Made by a program: the position numbers and the translations under genes | Assembly: GCF_006345805.1 (NCBI RefSeq) | Contig: NC_042997.1 | Coordinates: 130,820,001 to 130,884,000 of the forward strand | Length of the DNA stretch: 64,000 nucleotides | From: Octopus sinensis | Lineage: Eukaryota | Direction: 5' to 3' | Shown: positions 13,024 to 26,243 of the stretch, in pieces | How positions within the stretch are numbered: position 1 is the first letter of the stretch | Layout of the letters: each line of letters starts with the position of its first letter | The notes under the pieces: generated by a model | Told to the model about the DNA's origin: nothing | What the model saw: only the letters and a program-made list of their open reading frames with translations | The model's database searches: none

Positions 13024-14073
13024 ATGACGCAATTCACTCTGCCAGAAATTTGGAAACTACATGCTGTGCTACTTGGCATTGGCGCCAGAAGCTCCAATAC
13101 GAACATTTTAGAGTGTTTGGGTGTCAGTCTGAGGACAGTGCAGAGGATTTGGAAAGAGTTGGATGAGTCTGATGGGGATTACGAACGCACGGTAGCTCAG
13201 AAAACTCACTTTGACCGTTCCGATAAGAAAAGAACTCCTGGATTTTTTGGTGAGATCCAGGCCATGGTTGAAAATGATCCCTCCAAGTCAATCAGGCCCA
13301 TTACCAAGTACATGGGAATTTCTGAGTTTCTTATCAAGCAGGTAGTGCATGAAGACATTCAGTATTCCTCATACAAGATGAGAAAGGGCCAATTTTTATA
13401 CCAAGCCATCAAGGACAAGGGGAAAGACCGTACTACGAAGCTTTTGAACAAACTCAAGCATCCCCTCCAACTGAACATGCTTTGGTTTTTCTCAGACGAG
13501 AAAAAATTCTGCCAGGATCAGATTGTGAACATGCAGAACAACCGTTGGCTTGCTTTGTCCCCAAAACATGTACCGAAAGTGATAAAAATAAAATATCCAG
13601 TCAACATCATGGTGTTTGGAGTGATGACTAATGACGGCGACGTTATGCCTCCATACATCATCTGACACGGCCTCAGACACAACACGGAGGCCTACATCAA
13701 GTGTTATGGAGGAAGTAGTGCTGCCCTGGGTCAGATGGTGGCTGCTGGAAGACCCTATGTCTGACAACAGGACACTGCACCACGTCACACAAGTAGGAGA
13801 CCCCAGTCATGGCTGTCAGACAATTTCTACGACCACATCACCCCTAACATCTGGCCACCTAACTCTCTTGACTGTAACCTTCTTAATTATTATGTGTGGG
13901 GCACAGTTGAGAGAGAGACCAACAAAACTCCTTGTAACACCAAAGATGAACTGAAGGCAAGGATTATGGCAGCATTCACCAACTTAAACAAGGAGATCGC
14001 ACAGAAGAGTTGCAGGAGATTCCGAAGTCGTCTGAAGGCCGTGGTTGAAGTGAAAGGCGATTTTATTGAATAA
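13024..14073 (+). pseudogene. DD37D transposase pseudogene (frameshift near 13660, internal stop)
   Basis: WFFSDEKKF, QQDTAPRH and WPPNSLDCNLLNY; 37 residues lie between the second D and the third position, which is mutated D to N. Confidence 0.85.
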
Positions 14074-14392
14074 ATTTACTTTTTAGTATTTCAAGATATT
14101 TTAATGTAATTTTGGTAAATATATATGTTAAAATGAGGTGTCAGTGTTATTTTCATTTTTGCGTAATTTAGACCAGTGCTACTCAAAGTGGTGGTCCGCG
14201 GACCGGTGCCGGTCCGCAAGCCATCAGCTGCCGGTGCGCGGCGAGTTTCCAGAAAAGAAAGAAACATTATAAAATGCTTATGTAATTATTGTATTATTTG
14301 TTTACAAAATAAATAAAAGATAAAAAATGTTAACTTTTATTATATTCATTATATATATTGTTTCCGGTATAAATTAATATTACTAAGAAATA

Positions 14393-14624
14393 AGGGCAGC
14401 GAGCTGGCAGAATCGTTAGCACGCCGGGCGAAATGCTTAGCGGTATTTCGTCTACCGCTACGTTCTGAGTTCAAATTCCGCCAAGGTTGACTTGCCTTTC
14501 ATCCTTTCGGGGTCGATTAAATAAGTACCAGTTACGCACTGGGGTCGATGTAATCGACTTAATCCGGTTGTCTGTCCTTGTTTGTACCCTCTGTGTTTAG
14601 GCCCCTGTGGGCAATAAAGAAATA
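14393..14624 (+). mobile_element. SINE family A, full length, 17-bp TSD
   Basis: TSD AATATTACTAAGAAATA at 14376-14392 and 14625-14641. Confidence 0.9.
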
Positions 14625-14697
14625 AATATTACTAAGAAATATTACATATTGGAAAAAAAACTGCTGGTACGCCACATCATATAGTTTGAGAAGCACT

Positions 14698-15403
14698 TAT
14701 AGTGGATCTTGCATGCATGAAGTGGATTCGATCCACCACAGCCAAATTTAAATTAACACTTCAACAGAACTTTTCCCACGGTGGAACAATGGTTTTTCTG
14801 TGACAGCAGTTTGACATTCGCCAGATTGCCTTTGGCTAGGCCCAAATAATGCCTTCCCCACTTGACCCTTTCTAGCCTCTTCTACTTCACCAAAAGCTAG
14901 AATAGAGATAACAAGACCACCAACTAAATCTATTGTTCTCAATGATATATCTATCCTTCTGGGTAGTTATAAAAGCAAGCACGCCCCAAGCAAAAATCAG
15001 TTAGTCACAGTTGGTGACAACGAAATCTGGCTGACCAACCTTGGTCAGAGGGAGAAATGAAATTTACTATCAGCAACTGTGAGACAACGTCCCACAACCC
15101 TACAACTCTCACTAGCTCTAATTCTGTTCTCTTACAACATCATTCTATCTCTCTCTGTAATTACTACTAAACAATGAAGAGGGCACAAACAAACTTTACT
15201 TCGCATGCTTTTGGATTTATTATAACCTGTCCGTCGAGGCAAGGTATTGTAACGTAACGGTAAATAAATATTTCCTTAAAACATCGTGCATTGTTCATCT
15301 TTCACATCTTACAACTTGCCGTCCTAACAACAAATTTTTATCGTTACAACTGCTGACTCCGACATTTCATAATAATGTTTACAAATCAATTTCTTCCGCT
15401 ACA
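14698..15403 (+). mobile_element. Solo LTR (Gypsy-like, 4-bp TSD)
   Basis: Ends TATAGTGGA (one change from TGTAGTGGA) and TCCGCTACA; TSD CACT at 14694-14697 and 15404-15407; AATAAA at ~15264. Confidence 0.75.
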
Positions 15404-15930
15404 CACTGATTTAGACGACAATTTATTCACCGCACCCTACACATACACACACACACACACACCACACACACACACAAATGCGCGCGCTCACACACTCACT
15501 CATCCACTCACATGTGCATGCTTGAGCATGCTTTGTTTATTTTGTGGTGGGGAAACAAAAATTGTATTGTGTGTGATACTTGTTTGTTATATGCCAGGTA
15601 AACAGTAACACAGTATTACGTACTTAAATTTCGTACAATCTTCCTTGCTGTCGTCTGTCATCATCGGTGAACCCAAAGGGATTGATAATGACTGAACGCT
15701 TTAAGATTGCTACGTTCATATTATGACGTCAATCCCTATTCGTCATGCGTCAGGGAGTTCTGTCTTAATGTTCGTGAACTTTAAGCGTGGGCATACATCA
15801 ACCGGTCAAAATTTGCTCAGTTATTTCATTTAGGATTGGAGAGGATTGGCCGACGATTTGACGCGTATTGTATGACAGTGGTCGCTATACTTTGATTCAT
15901 TTCTAAACATTGGTGCTTTGTCTAGTATTT

Positions 15931-15938
15931 TATATATA

Positions 15939-16015
<77 letters not shown>
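15931..16015. repeat. (TA)n microsatellite
   Basis: Read directly. Others at 24216-24260, 41526-41603, 42273-42348 and 59855-59915. Confidence 0.95.
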
Positions 16016-16017
<2 letters not shown>

Positions 16018-16993
16018 CTTGTGTCTACCAGAAAATCACAGAAGAGGGTAGGCTATTAATTATGAGAGTAAAAATTTATCCCGTTATTTTCAAAGTAAGG
16101 CTGCGAATAAAATTTAATATCAGAAAATTAGTAAAAATAAAGCATTCAGGAAGTAATATATAACCAGCTTTGATAATAAAAATAAATAAAGAAAAAGCGT
16201 GGAGTTGAAATTCTACGACTTGGATTTAAGATAACAAACCGACTAATTTAACCTTACAACAGATTCTAGGAAAAAAAAACTCTTACTGCTTATATGAAAT
16301 TGAATATTGGAAGAAGATGGACGAATGAATACAATAGCAGGCAACCAAATGAGTGATCCTATTTTATAAATTGTTTAAGGCGACGAGGTGGCAGAATCGT
16401 TACCGCGCAGGGCAAAATGCTTAGCAATATTTCGTCTGTCTTTTTGTTCTGAGTTCAAATTCTGCCGAGGTCGACTTTGACTTTCATCCTTTCGGGGTCG
16501 ATAGAATAAGTAGCAGTTGAGTAACCGACTTATCCACGAAATTTTGGAATCGATATTTTATAAACCGCCTTCGACACTCCTCCCATTTAATTCTATTATG
16601 ACTCAGTACACTTAGCTGACATAGGGAGTCAGTATTCTAGGCAATCGCTGTGATGTAGAATACGGTACCAGGTAACCAACGGAATGATCGATATTTAATA
16701 ACCTGTCATTGACTCTCTCCCCATGACCAAAGTTATTAACTATTTAATGACTCGACATTGCCGAAGCTCTTGGCAATCGCTGTGGTGGAAAATTGATAAA
16801 TGGTGTGTTAGCCAACAGTGCTTACCTTCAACTCGGGTGATTCTGAAGAAGACGGTTTTTTACTTGCCCTCAGATCAAAGTTTCTGACACATCTCGATTA
16901 ACCTTGTCGTTCAGTCTAAATCTAATTATAGGTTTCAAACAACAATCTATTCTGTGCTAAAATTCGCTACATACAAACAACCATCAATAAAGG

Positions 16994-17159
16994 CAGGACC
17001 GTTTTCAGGCAAAGGTACACTGGGCAGTGGCCCGGGAGCTTCAAAAGTCTTGGGACCCATCGAACCTATGTACGTTATGGTTTACTGTTAATAAGTAAAT
17101 ACTATCGGACACATGCGTTGATTTGCCCGGAGGCCTATAATACAGCTACGACGACCCTG
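16994..17159. mobile_element. Short hAT-like MITE
   Basis: CAGG...CCTG ends; flanks AATAAAGG/AGTAAAGG (8 bp, one mismatch); related copy at 49834-50000. Confidence 0.6.
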
Positions 17160-17626
17160 AGTAAAGGGACTTTCCCCGCGAAAATAATATTGAACATTTA
17201 AGAAGTGGAACCGAAGTTACAGGTAGTATGATGACATAACGAAAATACTCTATCGTATTCTAATTTGAATCGTGTTCAAACAGAAATATTGAATTGTCGT
17301 CTGAAAAAATTCCATCGCCATCACACTGAGTTCAGCTCATCACCATGGCATTAGCTTGTTTCTACTCTTCTGATCAAACCAGTGAAAAAAGAAATTTCGT
17401 CAAAGTTAGTATATTGCTTGCTTCAAAATATAAATTAACAAATTTCAGCTAAAAGTGTAATGTCTTATTTCACTAGATAATGCGACTGTCTTCCAACATT
17501 AAAAATTCCAGAATTATTTTTAATTAATTAACCTGAGAAAGAGATATAACGCCTTCCGAAACTGATGAGGAAGGTGTGAAGTGAAGCGGGTGCGTGATAA
17601 AGAAAGAAACTTGCAGAGATGTGTTT

Positions 17627-17858
17627 CTTATTTCTTTATTGTCCACAAGGGGCTAAACATAGAGGGGACAAACAAGGACAGACAAACGGATTAAGCCGAT
17701 TATATCGACTCCAGTGCGTAACTGGTACTTAATTTATCGACCCCGAAAGGATGAAAGGCAAAGTCGACCTCGGCGGAATTTGAACTCAGAACGTAACGGC
17801 AGACAAAATACGGCGAAGCGTTTCGCCCGGCGTGCTAACGTTTCTGCCAGCTCGCCGC
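17627..17858 (-). mobile_element. SINE family A with TSD
   Basis: Flanks CAGAGATGTGTTTCT / CAGAGACGTGTTTCT. Confidence 0.85.
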
Positions 17859-20466
17859 CAGAGACGTGTTTCTGGTTGAGAGAAGGATTCAACAGCATAA
17901 TACGGAGTACGGGGATAGTGCATATTTATTGAGGGAGCCAGTAACTGTTGCAGTGGCTACAGAAGTGAGAGCAGAGAAGAATAATGCAGCAGCGTTCTAA
18001 TGAAAGCAGTATGCTGGATAGTAAATATTCCAGATGTCATTTTTGAATGCAATACATCATTGTTGTGCTAGCTATTTTCTGTGTGCTAGCTATTTTGATC
18101 CAGGTATGTGAGTAGTGTGTCAAATTTTCATCGTTCCATCAGCGTTCTAGCAGCGATAATCTTGTATCCCTCTTTTCTGTAATACCCAGAACTCAGTTAT
18201 CCACAATACAAGTTTTTTTTTTTACATCGGGGGAATTAAAAAAAAATTTGACTGTTATTTCTAAACGGTCGAGTGACCGAGCAGAAGCTTCTTCATTGGT
18301 TTTTATATAATTGTTATTTTAATGTGCATGTAAAAACGTTGGAGCTATATAAAAATCAGTAAATGATGGGAGAGCCGAAATATTTTCAGCTTCCGAAAAG
18401 TAGATAAAATGCTTAAGAAAATGTTATATAAATATTGTTTTAAATGTCGACGTTCACGACTCTTTTCCAGATCTCCGTGACTAGTTGGAAGAAGAAAGGA
18501 AGTAATCATCAGACCAGTGATCTGGTCTGAATGCTTGGAACTAGATTCTGCTAAACACACGCCAAGGGCAAGGCGGTGGTATTAAATCGGGCGACAGATA
18601 CATCTATCTCACGAAAACATGAATGGTTTCGCTGAAAGGATTTCCACTCAATTTCTGTCCCACAAATTTTACTCACAAGGCTTTGATCAATCCGAGATTG
18701 TTGTATATTATATTTGCCCAAGATGCTGCGCAGTGGGATTGAACCCGAAACCATTGAGCGAACTTCTTAACAACACAGCCATGCCTGCACACATGAAAGG
18801 TCACCAGTGATTATAAGGTCTAGATTTGTAGTAAGTTTTGATCCTGACTAAAGAACGTGCCGTATTTACTCGCGTATAAGTCGCATCCCTAATTTTGTGT
18901 TAAATCTCGATACAAACTTTTCCGCCATGATAGTTTTAGCTTTGCTCCGTGTATAACTCACATCCCAGGTTTTGCAGCTAAAATCAAGTATAAAACATTG
19001 AGATTCATACGGTATAGTATTGTTCGTTTGTTTCTTTGATTTGTGTAGTGACTTGTACCCTGGGTTCTGTTCACTGATATTCGATCTTTATTGCTCATGG
19101 CGGATCTTTACAGTTTGGCCGACAGTAAAGATCCCACATGGCAGTTTTCAAGGACTCTAATCATAAAAGTAATGTGCGTTTCTCAAGGATACCTGCACCG
19201 CCATCAACAGGAAGGCTCTTTAAGTAAAAACACACTTTGAATAAAATAAATTGAATATCTTCACAAACAGATATCCCCATGCATAGATACATGTAATTGA
19301 ATACAGGAGCTGTGCGAGAATCACCGATTTTGCAAATAAATTCGATCGCATATATCAAGTACTCTTTTCCATGTTTGTAATTCTGAATGTAAACGTGAAT
19401 AAACACACGTATGCAAATGCGCGCGCGCACAAAATTCCCACACATCTGATCATTTGTGAATAAGTGTGTATTTAGAAATCATATACATTTGCTCAATAAA
19501 CATATATTTTAGTCATACTATGAAAATATAAACCGGACAAACTCAGGAGTTTCAATCAGCTAAGAGTAATGATTATCCGTCTAGCTTCATACTTGTCAAA
19601 ACTCATCAGGAATTACTTGCTTTACATCTCAAATGTCGAAATTTAAGGATATAAATATCTTCTCGCGTAAAAGTAAACTGTTAGCGGTGTAAAAAGAAAA
19701 ATACATAATGATACAAGGGTAACATTCAGAATGTAATGACAAATGTATCAACACATCACGATAATGAAATAAAGCAACGTTGAAAAGACGAAAATCCTTT
19801 CAAAAGTCAGTATTATAATGTAAAGAAACGGAAATAGAAGGATTAAATTAAGCATAGACTTACAAATACGTGGCATAGAGTTCTATAAATGTGACAAACC
19901 AGGCCATTTTACAAAATATATTGCAAATTTAAGCGGCTGTTCCACCAGAAGGGAATCATAATAAAAGAAACAACGTAATAATCTTTAAAAATGCATATAT
20001 TGCTCGAGGGTGTACTAGATATTGGCTAGACTTTATGATACGCTCAATGTTAATTAGAGGTAGCGAGCAACTGCTAATGATAGGCTTTGGCGCATCGTAC
20101 GATATGTTGCTACTGCTTGTTGCTGAGTGGTTTTTTAGAAGTGGCTATACTAATATGGAATATAGACGAAACACTGAAGGTCTTTCCAGGTCATACAAAC
20201 ACACCCGTACGAAAAATAACTACCAATGTTACTTACAGGAACGTGACTATTTCTGCCTGCTTTATAATGATTGACACATTCCAGAAACCAATGAGTGGGA
20301 GGTGGATATTTTGTAATTTTGCGTTATTTCACATGTTTAAAGAACTTACAACACAAACAACATCAAGTCTGCAAATGTATCTGAAAAGTCTTCATGCTTC
20401 TCCAGATTGTCAATATGAGGATATAAGCATAAGGATAGAGATGGGTGCACTGTGTAATGATTTATA

Positions 20467-20984
20467 CCGTAAATCCTCGAGTATAATCCGCATTTCCTCT
20501 CAAAATTTAAAGGTTAAAATCCCTAGTGCGTACTATATACGAGGTTAAAAATGAAAAATATTTTCTAAGCAATGTCCGAGTCTCTATTTGCTGTCCGGCA
20601 ATGTTTATTCAGATGCGTTTTGTGATGCGGGCGCGAAAATACCTTAAGCTAAGCCTGAAAGCAATGAAATCATAAAAGAAGCATCCATAACTTACAGTAA
20701 GCAACAGTTATTAAAATAAAGGATTCAGAACACAGAATAACGTGTAACAAAAACAATTTGCGAACATATTTACATTCCCATATAACAGTTAAGAACATCA
20801 CCATTATTGTATTACGCATGCGCGGAAGTGTTTGTTCGACTAGGTGCTGTTAGCTTAATTACGCACGACTCAAGTTAGAGAAGAGGTGCGTATTATACAC
20901 AGGTTTAGGGTTTTCAGAGGCACAACCCCCTAAAAATCCCCTGCGTATTATACTCAAGGGCGGACTATACTCGAGGATTTACGG
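20467..20984. mobile_element. Tc1/mariner-pogo-type MITE (CCGTA ends, TA TSD)
   Basis: TA-CCGTAAATCCTCGAGTATA ... TATACTCGAGGATTTACGG-TA. Second copy in opposite orientation at 46461-46971; related short element at 18860-19012. Confidence 0.85.
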
Positions 20985-21440
20985 TAATTCATTATAGTCG
21001 AGCGGTTCTCTCTCTAAGGCGCAAGCATGCCTGAATAGCTGAGAAGCTCGTTTTACAACCATGTGGTCTTGGGTTCAATATCACAGGACAACTTCATGAA
21101 GACCACCATCATTGGCGATGAGAAATTGGTTTATGGTTTCTGTATGATGCTTTAGGGCATCTTGCGTGAAAACGAAAATCCGACGTGCGCGTGCTACACG
21201 TCTGTATTCTAGGTGTAACAGCCAGGAACTGATGTGGCTTACAGGCGCGAAAATCTTTACGCATGTGCAGGAAGAGTAACGTCACCTCCCATCCGAAGGA
21301 TTTTGCCCAAGCGGTATTACTTTTGGCGGGACAAAATAAACTACTATAACCCTGGATCGACCAATGCTTTGTGAGTGAATTTAGTAGACGGAAACTGCGT
21401 AGCAGTCCGTCTAATGTGTATGTGTGTGCGCGCGCGCGCG

Positions 21441-22343
21441 TATGAGGTGCATTCCAATGGTATCCGCCTTTATTTCGTCCCGCCAAAACTAATGCTACAT
21501 GTACATAATTCTTTGGATGGGAGTTGACGCTAGCCTTCCTGTACATGCGTAAAAGTTTTCGCGCCGGTAAGCCGCATCAGTTCCCCGCTGTTATGTCTAG
21601 AGTACAGTCATGTGGTGCGTGCTCATCGGATTTTCGTTTTTACGCAAGATACCCAAAAGCATCATACAGAGACCATAAACCCATGTCTCATCACCAATGA
21701 TGATGGTCTTCATGAAGTCTGGGTTGTGGTTTGCACAGTCCAGCATGTCCTGAGCGATTTCTATTCGGATTAGCTTCTGCTGTTCCGCCAGCATCTTGCA
21801 GATGAATTCCACCGATACTCTCCGCGTGCACAAATCCTCTGCCGAAATGGGATGTACTGAGTATGTGCTTATTTCCACTTCGTGAGCAATTTCCTGGATT
21901 GTTACACGACGGTCTATGACTATTTTTCCGAACCTTCTCAATCCGCTCCTCGTTTCGGTTTGTAGATGGTCTACCTGAGCGTGCCTCGCTTGCAACTGAG
22001 GTGCGGCCATGTTTGAAACGGTTGTACCACTACATGATCCGATTTTTGCCCATGGCATTATCCCCATAGGCATGCTGAATCTTCTGGATGGTTTGAGCTT
22101 CAGTATCACCAAGCTTTTGGTAAAACTTGATACAATATCTTTGTTCGATGCGCTCTGTGAAAACTAAAATCCGACGAATGAGCACTACACGCCTGTACTC
22201 TAGGTGTAATAGCCGAGAAGTGACGAAAAATTTTCACGCATGTGCAGGAAGGGTGGCGTCACCCTCCACTCGGGGGATTTTGTCTACGCGGTATTAATTT
22301 TAGCAGTAAAAAATAAAGGTCGGATACTTTTTGAACGCAGTTA
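21441..22343 (-). mobile_element. Internally deleted mariner with ~200-bp inverted termini
   Basis: Minus-strand DRRVTIQEIA..(HTH)..IIIGDETWVYG stops just after the first catalytic D. 21441-21645 is inverted against 22160-22343. A partial opposite-orientation copy at 21091-21340 sits inside a family B SINE. Confidence 0.75.
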
Positions 22344-23019
22344 CCGTTGAGAAAAAATTCGCTCTTATGGTAAAAGGTGTAATAATGCTCAGTATCTCTC
22401 CTTTGCGGATTCCTAGATACATTTCTGGTTCTTTAGCCTTTCTCGGTAAGAAATACCGAAGAGAGATACCTGAAGCAGATTCTAAAGCTGTACGTTTATC
22501 TTAAAACAGTCAATATAAATGACTGGGTTGCTCCCGCAGACCACCTAATCGGAATAAATACGATTTATCGACCCCGAAATTATGAAAGGCAAAGTCGACC
22601 TGGGCGTAATTTGAACTCAGAACGTAACGGCAGACGAAATGCCCCTAAGCATTTCGCCTGGCGTCCTAACGATCCTGCCAGCTCGTAATATCAATTACAA
22701 GTGACAACAGACTGAAAGCATTCCAAGTTGTTTAGACAAGACGCAACTGAAACAATACACGAACTGATAATTTCAGATCCTTAATGCTGCCTAAAGATTT
22801 CAGCCAAGGTGTTGGAAAAGAAGTTGCTACTTGTCATTGTTAGAACATAGACCTGTACGATTCTCAGAAGTTATTCAGGACAACCTTCATCGTATACGAG
22901 GAATGACAGAGAATCAATAATAAATCTGGCTTTAGTAGACCCCAGGTTAATTTAGATAAATAAAAACTTTTGGAATGGCCGACCTTCGCAATTTGCATCG
23001 CTTCTTTGCAGTGTACTTT

Positions 23020-23316
23020 GTTCCTTATCGAGCCATGCCTGGCTCATAGGACCGGTTTCCCGGTTTCCTTGGTGTATAGGTTCCCCACCTGGACGGGACG
23101 CCGGTCCGTCGCAAGTGAGCTGCAAGATGCAGGAGGAAAGAGTGAGAGAAAGTTGTGGTGAAAGAGTCAGCAGAAGTTCGCCATTACCTTCTGCCGGAGC
23201 CGCGTGGAGCTTAGGTGTTTCACTCATAAACACACACATCGCCCGGTCTGAGATTCGAACCCGCGATCTCTCGACCGCGAGTCCGCTGTTCTAACCACTA
23301 GGCCATGTGCCTCCAC
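23020..23316 (-). mobile_element. tRNA-derived SINE family C
   Basis: Minus head GTGGAGGCACATGGCCTAGTGGTTAG..GGTTCGAATCTC; relatives at 25485-25848 (-) and 57763-58040 (+). Confidence 0.8.
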
Positions 23317-24211
23317 ATGTACTTGTAACTTGGCATCTGCAAAACAGTTTCGGGCCTACTTTCATCGACTTGGTTGCCTTGTTAACTCCTCAGTGGTCAG
23401 ATTTAAGGCTAACTTTCGGAACTGTTTCGGATAACTGACTTTGTAGCCCTTTTCATCGCTCCTGTACATTTTTGACTACTGAAACAAAACTGTGGAAGTT
23501 AGACGTGCTGAAGGAAGCATTCTGCTCCAGTACAGAAGAGCCGTGTCTGCAAACGAGGATAACGTCATTGTGCGATTGTACATCCAGTTAGTTATCTCGA
23601 TTAGAACACGATAGTTTTGGAATGTATTCGGCGTATGAACTGATGTCTGTGATAAACTTTTGTTTAATATTCATATTTAATTTACACATCTTCAAAATCG
23701 GTACCATATAAAAGTTACTGTGGCGGTATCTCTTAGATAATTATTACCTTTGAAGGTTTTTATTCCCATGCTGGCCACTTGATAAGATCGATATTTAAAT
23801 TAACGATCTTATCCTTATTTATATAGATTTTAAATTTATTTCGTCATTGTATTTACTGCGATGATATTTTAACCATATCGCACGAGGAGTTATAAGGCGG
23901 GCAATTTAAACTGGTTGTGTTGCATATGTGCATATATATGTATGTATACGTTCGTATATGTAAGTATTCGTATGTTATATGTATATATATATATGTGTGT
24001 ATTTATGTTTCTTTCTGCGTATATTCTACTGAAGAGGCAAAGCATTTCTTATGCAAAGTCAGAAATCCGGGATCTGGAATTATCCAGTAATTCTTTGCTA
24101 GTGTATTTTGTCTTCTCTCCTGGTGCTGTATGAACATTTAATGTGGTTTTAGAGTCAGGTCTTGGTTGCTATTTCCAACGTGGTGGTATCTCTTAGATAC
24201 CCTAAATTATA

Positions 24212-24262
<51 letters not shown>

Positions 24263-24263
<1 letters not shown>

Positions 24264-24417
24264 TTTTTTGTGTAATGAGATAAAAAAAACCAAGCATGTA
24301 TAGATAGAAGGGATATTATTATTAATTAATATTCTAGAAACAGCTGTAAGACCTTCTATCTATAAATGCTCTAATATCTATATAGCCTTGTTTTTTTTAA
24401 TCTCATTACACAAAAAG
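24263..24417. repeat. Palindromic (foldback) element beside (TA)n
   Basis: TTTTTGTGTAATGAGAT... / ...ATCTCATTACACAAAAA, with an inner pair ATAGATAGAAGG / CCTTCTATCTAT. Confidence 0.75.
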
Positions 24418-24559
24418 TTCATATATACACGCGCTGACATAGAACCAACGTTGAACCCTTTATTCGCAATATTACCGAATCTGGAACTTAACTATGGTCT
24501 GTCTATGGCACTTATTCAGCATTACCTGACACCTTTGGTTCTCAATGGCACCATTATCT

Positions 24560-24589
<30 letters not shown>

Positions 24590-24595
<6 letters not shown>

Positions 24596-24950
24596 ATTTG
24601 GGGACGGTCATGTTGCCAGTTTAGCCATTGAAAGCAAACGCACTATATACTTGGTGTTCACTTGCTTTATCTTATATTAATTATATTTCGGCCTGAGTTC
24701 TTTCGTAACACTTCTATGACCTCATCAGTGGTCCTTTGCTTTCTTCTTTCTTTTTAGTGTGTCTCTCCTCACTAACAATCTGCCATTTTGAATTCCTATT
24801 CTATGTGTCTTTATTTGCGCATGCGTATACCCATGTGTGTGTCTGGCCGAAATACAATTAATATAAAATAAAGCTGAAGTGAACACCAAATGTATAGTGC
24901 ATGTGTTTTCATTGGCTAAACTGGCAACATCACCATCCCCAAATACAACA
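24590..24950. mobile_element. Penelope-like stub with ~100-bp inverted terminal copy and hammerhead-type core
   Basis: 24592-24693 is inverted against 24845-24948. Minus strand CTGATGA-GGTC...GGCC-GAAA at 24686-24728. Flanked by (TA)n. Confidence 0.55.
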
Positions 24951-25035
24951 ATATCTGTTTCAGCACACGAATTCACGTCAAGAATTTAGCAAAACGAATA
25001 TATAAACCCGTGTGAGTGTATGTGTATATATATAT

Positions 25036-25139
25036 ATTCTTCTTCTTCTTCTTCTTCTTCTTCTTCTTCTTCTTCTTCTTCTTCTTCTTCTTCTTCTTCT
25101 TCTTCTTCTTCTTCTGCCTCCTCCTCCTCCTCCTCCTCC
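25036..25139. repeat. (TTC)n-(CCT)n microsatellite
   Basis: Read directly. Confidence 0.95.
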
Positions 25140-26243
25140 AATCAGGACTCACGCCATTAGCCACAATGAATAATCTCTAATTCGAGTCTACTCTAACCAC
25201 TGGGCCATTGCGCCTCCACTGGTGCTGCTGCCGGTTCTGTTCGTGCCTCTGCTGCTGCTACTATTGGTACTGTCGACCCTGCTACTGTTGTAGCCGTTGG
25301 GTGAAGCTGCTGATGTTGCTGCCGTTAGGGATACTGCCATTGCTGTCGTTGATGTTGTTATCGCTGGCGATGATGCAGCCACTTGGTTCTGTTCGTGTCT
25401 CTACTGCTGCTTCTATTCGTACTGTCGACCCTGCTACTGTAGTAGCCATTGTTGCTGCTGCTTTGTTTGTTTGTTTGTTTGTTTGTTGAGCGAAGCGGTC
25501 TTCGACCCAGAATGGGAGAAGTCCGAAACGTTGTCCTTTGCTATTCGTAAGACCCGCAGAAGAGTAAGCAGGTCAATCCCCGACACCGAGAGCATCGACG
25601 GATGGATGAATGCGCATCCAGGCTCAACGGTTGCGTAGGAAGTCGGGGATAAGAAACAGGAAGAAAGAGTGAAAGAAAGTTGGAGCGAAAGAGTATAACA
25701 GGGGTCGCCACCATCCCCTGCCGGAACCTCGTGGAGCTTTAGGTGTTTTCGCTCAATAAACACACACAACGCCCGGTCTGGGAATCGAAACCGCGATCCT
25801 CCGATCGCGAGTCCGTTGCCATAACCACTGGGCCATTGCGCCTCCACTGTTGCTGCTGCTACGAGGGTTGGCCAGTACCTCAGCTTTATAGAGGACTCCC
25901 TTGGTTTCGCAGTATTCTTTTACGACGGGATTCCACACACAATATTATAGAGAATCCTAGAAAATCCAGGTCCCTACATAAACTGAACCAAGCGTTGTAA
26001 ACGTGCATAATAGAGCACTAGCACAATTCGGGCTATCTGGTGTCATCCGCAGTCGAGGTATATTTTCGCTAGATCTACTTCAGGAAGTTCCACTCAGAGG
26101 GGACAGTAACAGGATGTAAAACGATTGTTTTACAAATAAAGATTAATACTAAATCCACCTTCTGGTTACTTAACCAATTATCATTACACACACGCGCGTG
26201 CGCGTTAGCGCACACACACACAATGTTAAGCAAAAAAATTATA

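Larger units (their letters stand above)
14174..15408. mobile_element. hAT (Charlie-like) MITE with 8-bp TSD
   Basis: TIR CAGTGCTACTCAAA / TTTGAGAAGCACTG (right TIR split by an LTR); TSD ATTTAGAC at 14166-14173 and 15409-15416. Confidence 0.85.
12905..15439 (+). mobile_element. Tc1/mariner DD37D (maT-type) transposon, interrupted in its 3' TIR region
   Basis: TIR CAGGGTGCGATGGATAAATTG at 12905 and its inverse at 15417-15439; transposase at 13024-14073. Confidence 0.85.

Noticed and set aside
16015-16330. Faint GIY-YIG (Penelope) similarity, also at 61400-61800
   Set aside because: Too degenerate to support by eye; would need a translated profile search.
17549-17578. Hairpin enclosing GAAA-CTGATGA (both hammerhead core motifs)
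   Set aside because: The motifs are directly adjacent with no stems I/III or cleavage triplet, so it cannot fold as a hammerhead.
20035-20548. 153-aa ORF and a possible minus-strand exon 20238-20380 with AG/GT signals
   Set aside because: No recognisable domain; the ORF runs into a MITE; the candidate exon has stops in all three frames.
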